Below, in pieces: positions 25,447 through 29,355 of a stretch of 29,355 nucleotides of DNA (position 1 is the stretch's first letter; every line of letters starts with the position of its first letter). A program made the position numbers and the translations under genes. Origin of the DNA: Candidatus Bathyarchaeota archaeon (GTDB lineage Archaea > Thermoproteota > Bathyarchaeia > TCS64); the NCBI GenBank assembly GCA_043826455.1, contig JBDRQD010000016.1, forward strand, positions 1-29,355. Reading direction: 5' to 3'. The notes under the pieces were generated by a model, which saw only the letters and a program-made list of their open reading frames with translations, made no database searches and was not told the DNA's origin.

Positions 25447-27207
25447 TTGAAACTCAAGTACAAGACAGCCACGATCATAGCGCTATTTGTCATAGCGCTC
25501 AACATGGTAGCCCTCACGCCCCTCCAGGCAGTGGCAGCTGAGGACGGGAACATCCATGGGACCGTCGTGGACTCCGATGGTAGCCCCATCTACAGGGTGA
25601 AGGTAATGGCCTACGACAGCAAAGGCGGCCTCGCAGCGACAAAAAACACAGATGCCAAAGGATACTTCCGGATGGCCCTGGGGGGCACCTACACCCTCGT
25701 CTTCGAGAAGACGGGGTACGTGACTCTGCAGAAGACGGTGAAAGTGGAGATCGCCCCCACGGACGACCCAGACCTCGACGACGTCAAGATGGGCAACATC
25801 GCCATGGAGAAGACAATCAGCCTGTCCTCCAGCGTCATAAGGAGGGTCACCAGCCCCGGCATCACGTTAAGGCTTTCGTTCACCGTCACCAACAACGGCG
25901 ACCTCGCGGAGAATGTGGCCTTCAGCACCTCGGCCCCACAGGGCTGGGAGACACGTGTGCTCGACTCCATCGGCCAGATAGAGTCGGTGCTGCTTAGCAA
26001 GGGAAGCCAGTCCCTCTACCTAGAGATAAAGGTCCCAGCCTCGGCCGTAGACACTGGGGTTATAACCCTAACAGCTACCGGCACCTCAGCTGCGTCACTT
26101 GTCTTCGAGGTTACGCCCACGAGGAGCACAGACGAGGTCCAGCTACACTCCACTTACCTCTCCATCTCGGAGGAGCAGGGGAAAACCATCGAGCTACCTC
26201 TGACTGTGTCGAACGCCGGCGAGGTGGACAAGACCGTGAGCCTGGAGGCGGAGGCGCCCAGCGGTTGGACGGCCACCTTCAAGACAAGCACCAACATGGT
26301 GGTGAGGAGCCTATACCTCAGACCTGGGGACAGCATCTCAATGAAGATAGTGCTGAAGCCCGCGGACGGCGCCCAGATAGGTGACTACGAGGTCGTAGTT
26401 AAGGCACTGGATGAGACCGGGGTCCTAGACACCCTAGCCCTCGGAGTAAGCTTGCTTGAGGCCACCGGCGAGCTGGAGGTCATTAGCACTTTCACAGACG
26501 TCACTGTGACGGCCGGCAGCAGTGTCAACTTCCCCGTAGCCGTCTGGAACACCGGCGAGAAAGACGCTCTTTGTCTACTGACGGTGCCTGTGGCACCTGA
26601 GAACTGGAAGACGGTGTTCATCTCAGGGGACATTGAGGTGTCCAGCCTGCTCATAGCGGCGGGCGAGTCCACCACAGTGAAACTGAAAGTGACTCCCCCC
26701 AACTCCGTGGAGACGGGCGCCTACGTCCTAGCGGCCTCGGTGGCGTCGGACGACGGAGCCGAGACCACCCTGCCCTTCAACATCAACGTGGCGGGCTCCT
26801 ACCAGCTGGGACTGCAGCTGTCAACCCTCTACAAGACAGTAACCATCGGACAATCCCTCAGCTTCACCGCCAAGGTCACCAACGACGGCCAATCCCCCGT
26901 AACCACAGTGTACCTGGAGGCTGAGCTGCCCAGCGACTGGGAGGCAACCATCACCCCCGCCCAAGTATCATCACTGGCTCCGCGGGGGTCAACCACCTTC
27001 ACCGTGGAGGTCACCACACCCGCTGACACAGTAGCCGGCGACTACCTGCTCACATTGAAGGCCTACAGCGACCAGCTGGACTCAGAGGAGATCGACTTGA
27101 GGGTGACCACCCAGGCATCCAACACCTGGGGCTACATAGGCTTCGGACTGGTAGCGGTGGCCATAGTAGGCGTATACTTCGGCTTCAAGAGGTTCAAGCG
27201 GAGGTAG
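25447..27207 (+). CDS. Membrane-anchored surface protein: carboxypeptidase-regulatory-like domain plus four NEW3/Ig-like domains
   Basis: Signal peptide; GTVVDSDGSPI...TDAKGYF...GTYTL.FEKTGY; repeats of V.N.G...P.GW...L.PG....V..P....GDY; C-terminal TM and KRFKRR. TTG 25447 follows GGTGA; the ORF-track start 25378 lies in the operator. Confidence 0.85.
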   Translation: MKLKYKTATIIALFVIALNMVALTPLQAVAAEDGNIHGTVVDSDGSPIYRVKVMAYDSKGGLAATKNTDAKGYFRMALGGTYTLVFEKTGYVTLQKTVKVEIAPTDDPDLDDVKMGNIAMEKTISLSSSVIRRVTSPGITLRLSFTVTNNGDLAENVAFSTSAPQGWETRVLDSIGQIESVLLSKGSQSLYLEIKVPASAVDTGVITLTATGTSAASLVFEVTPTRSTDEVQLHSTYLSISEEQGKTIELPLTVSNAGEVDKTVSLEAEAPSGWTATFKTSTNMVVRSLYLRPGDSISMKIVLKPADGAQIGDYEVVVKALDETGVLDTLALGVSLLEATGELEVISTFTDVTVTAGSSVNFPVAVWNTGEKDALCLLTVPVAPENWKTVFISGDIEVSSLLIAAGESTTVKLKVTPPNSVETGAYVLAASVASDDGAETTLPFNINVAGSYQLGLQLSTLYKTVTIGQSLSFTAKVTNDGQSPVTTVYLEAELPSDWEATITPAQVSSLAPRGSTTFTVEVTTPADTVAGDYLLTLKAYSDQLDSEEIDLRVTTQASNTWGYIGFGLVAVAIVGVYFGFKRFKRR

Positions 27208-27211
27208 TTGA

Positions 27212-28153
27212 ATGGAAAACATAGTAGAGACACAGAAGCTAACCAAGGCCTACGGAGACTTCGTGGCCGTGAACGAGCTCGACATGGAGGTCAAGCGGGG
27301 AGAAGTCTTCGGGTTCCTGGGCCCCAACGGCGCCGGGAAGACCACCACAGTCCTCATGCTCATGGGCCTATCGGTGCCCACCAAAGGAACGGCCATAGTA
27401 GGTGGCCACGACATAGTGGAGGAGTCCCGGGAGGTGCGCAGAGTGGCGAGCATTCTCCCCGAGTACAGCAGCCTGTACGGCGACCTCACGGCCTGGGAGA
27501 ACCTGGACTACATCGGCAAACTAAACGACCAGCCCAAGGAGGAGAGGGAGAACAGGATCGCCGAGATGCTGGACATCGTTGGCATGAGCAAATGGGCGGA
27601 CAACAAACTTGAGTCATTCAGCCGCGGCATGAAGCAGCGGCTCGGCGTAGCGTCCACACTGATGAAGGACCCCCAGATAGTATTCCTGGACGAACCCACC
27701 ATAGGGCTGGACCCCGTCGCCACCAGAGAGGTGCGTGAACTCATACTGAAACTCAACAGAGAGAAGGAACTGACCGTGGTCATGACTTCCCACCTGCTCA
27801 ACGAGATACAGATGACGTGCAGCAAGATCGGGATCATCAACAGGGGCAAGCTGATCCTCCTAGAGTCCATGGAGAACCTGAACAAGATCATGTCGGGCGG
27901 CGAGGACAGACGTGTAGAGTTCAGGCTCACCGAGACGCCCCCAGACTTGATTAAGGACCTGGAGGCTGTTAAGGGAATCAAGTCGGTAACCCAGGAGAAT
28001 AGCAGGCTCTTCGTCTACGGCAGCGTGGACAGTGACCTGGAGGTGTCCAAAACCATAGTGAGCCACGGAGCCTACATCCTGATGATGAAGCCTCGGGAGT
28101 ACACCCTGGAGGAGATATTCATGAAATACTACCAGCAGGAGGTGGCCCAGTGA
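27212..28153 (+). CDS. ABC-2 type transporter ATP-binding protein
   Basis: GPNGAGKTT, FSRGMKQR, FLDEPTIGLD, TSH, C-terminal TLEEIF. Confidence 0.95.
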   Translation: MENIVETQKLTKAYGDFVAVNELDMEVKRGEVFGFLGPNGAGKTTTVLMLMGLSVPTKGTAIVGGHDIVEESREVRRVASILPEYSSLYGDLTAWENLDYIGKLNDQPKEERENRIAEMLDIVGMSKWADNKLESFSRGMKQRLGVASTLMKDPQIVFLDEPTIGLDPVATREVRELILKLNREKELTVVMTSHLLNEIQMTCSKIGIINRGKLILLESMENLNKIMSGGEDRRVEFRLTETPPDLIKDLEAVKGIKSVTQENSRLFVYGSVDSDLEVSKTIVSHGAYILMMKPREYTLEEIFMKYYQQEVAQ

Positions 28154-29121
28154 TGGCCGGCACCATGACCATAGCGTCCAAGGAGCTCAGAGACCAGTTC
28201 GGCAGCAGAAGGTTCCTCATACTCTTCGGCCTAATAGTGTTGCTGGGCGGCCTCTCAGCCTACCAGGGGGTTGACTACATCCGCAACAACGTGGGCTCCA
28301 GCTTCGTCAACATATTCTCGGGGGCCAGGATGAGCTTCAGCTTCATCCAGATCATGGTCTTCTTCGGGCCCATACTGGGCCTCGCTCTGGGCTTCGACGC
28401 CGTGAATAAGGAACGCACCAACGGCACCCTGTCCATAGTGCTAGGCCAGCCCATATACAGGGACTCGGTCATCAACGGTAAATTCATTGCCGGTGCGGTC
28501 GCCCTGACAACCCTGGCATTCACCACCATAGCCATCATGTGCGGCATGAGCATCCCCATGGTGGGCTTCGCCCCCACCCTGGAGGAGGCGCTGAAGATAG
28601 TGTCCCTGGCCCTCCTCACCACGGTGTACCTGCTCCTCTGGCTCAGCCTGGGCATCCTGTACTCCACGGTGTTCAAGAAGACCTCCACCAGCATCCTCTT
28701 CAGCATAGCCACCTGGATGACCTTCAGCATAGTCATCAGCATAATGGCCTACGCTCTCTCCTCGGTGCTGGTGCCAGTCCCCGCGGGCGACATCATAGGC
28801 ATCCCGGGCGGTCTGAGCGGCCAAGGTGGGCAGAGGTTCAGTATCTCACCCGAGTACATGGAAGCCATGCAGGAGAGACAGGCTCTCCAGACGGCCATAC
28901 AGAAGATCTCGCCAACGCAGCTCTACCAGGAAACGGCCTCGGCCATCCTTGGCGTCGGGTCCTTCGGGTTCGGGCGACAGGAGTTCGCTAGGACAACCAC
29001 CCTGGGGGAGGCCCTGGCCAACAACTGGGCCAACATAGCGGCGCTCACCGTCGTAATGGTGGCGGCCTTCGCGGCCAGCTACATGATGTTCCTGCGCACC
29101 GAGATAAGGCCCGGGGAATAA
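28150..29121 (+). CDS. ABC-2 type permease (NosY-like)
   Basis: IASKELRD, LGFDAVNKERTNGTL...QPIYRDSVINGKF, six TM segments, terminal FLRTEIR. Confidence 0.92.
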   Translation: MMAGTMTIASKELRDQFGSRRFLILFGLIVLLGGLSAYQGVDYIRNNVGSSFVNIFSGARMSFSFIQIMVFFGPILGLALGFDAVNKERTNGTLSIVLGQPIYRDSVINGKFIAGAVALTTLAFTTIAIMCGMSIPMVGFAPTLEEALKIVSLALLTTVYLLLWLSLGILYSTVFKKTSTSILFSIATWMTFSIVISIMAYALSSVLVPVPAGDIIGIPGGLSGQGGQRFSISPEYMEAMQERQALQTAIQKISPTQLYQETASAILGVGSFGFGRQEFARTTTLGEALANNWANIAALTVVMVAAFAASYMMFLRTEIRPGE

Positions 29122-29137
29122 CCCCACCCTCCACTCA

Positions 29138-29148
29138 TGTTTTTTTAA
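29138..29148 (+). terminator. Oligo-T terminator of the ABC-2 operon
   Basis: T7 run at 29140-29146, 18 nt after the stop; a second T8 run at 29239-29246. Confidence 0.55.
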
Positions 29149-29355
29149 GTGGTCTTTCATTAATCGTGTTTTGTGGGGCTCCTGAGCCAATGGATCAGAG
29201 AAGCCTCAACATTGAAAAGCATGAAGCATGAGATGGAATTTTTTTTCCGCCTTATCCCGTGCCAGCCGGGATAAGCCACCAAGCTAACGATACACCTACC
29301 ACGCCAGCACCGGAGCCCCCAGACAGAGGGGGGAGGGGGGGTAGAGCAGAAAAAC

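Overview
GC-rich, gene-dense archaeal chromosomal window, probably TACK. A Bathyarchaeia-like origin is inferred from cgi121, a stand-alone THUMP protein, single-OB SSB, type II map, DUF1512 and a multi-GAF hybrid kinase; this was not verified by search. It has 26 supportable CDSs and no tRNA, rRNA, CRISPR array or transposase. Left to right: DUF89 phosphatase (truncated, missing from the ORF track), THUMP, Cgi121, class V PLP enzyme, SSB, divergent arginase, REC-PAS-GAF histidine kinase and FAD oxidoreductase. Next come a SAM methyltransferase, three MBL-fold paralogues interleaved with a GT4 glycosyltransferase and an MFS exporter, a small coiled-coil ORF, DUF1177, USP, map, a Zn-finger membrane protein, DUF1512 and a MacB/FtsX-type ABC pair. 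The window ends with an LTxxQ-motif secreted protein / wHTH regulator / membrane protein / NEW3-domain protein / ABC-2 transporter module. The two most interesting signals are non-coding. (1) A 27-bp element occurs twice in inverted orientation 8 kb apart (15621-15647, 23689-23715), each copy beside an AT-rich tract. Each copy sits in a local strand-composition skew that follows the element's orientation rather than gene direction. (2) A 30-bp dyad-containing element (29/30 identical copies) lies at a fixed distance upstream of three TATA boxes and defines a candidate archaeal envelope-stress regulon.
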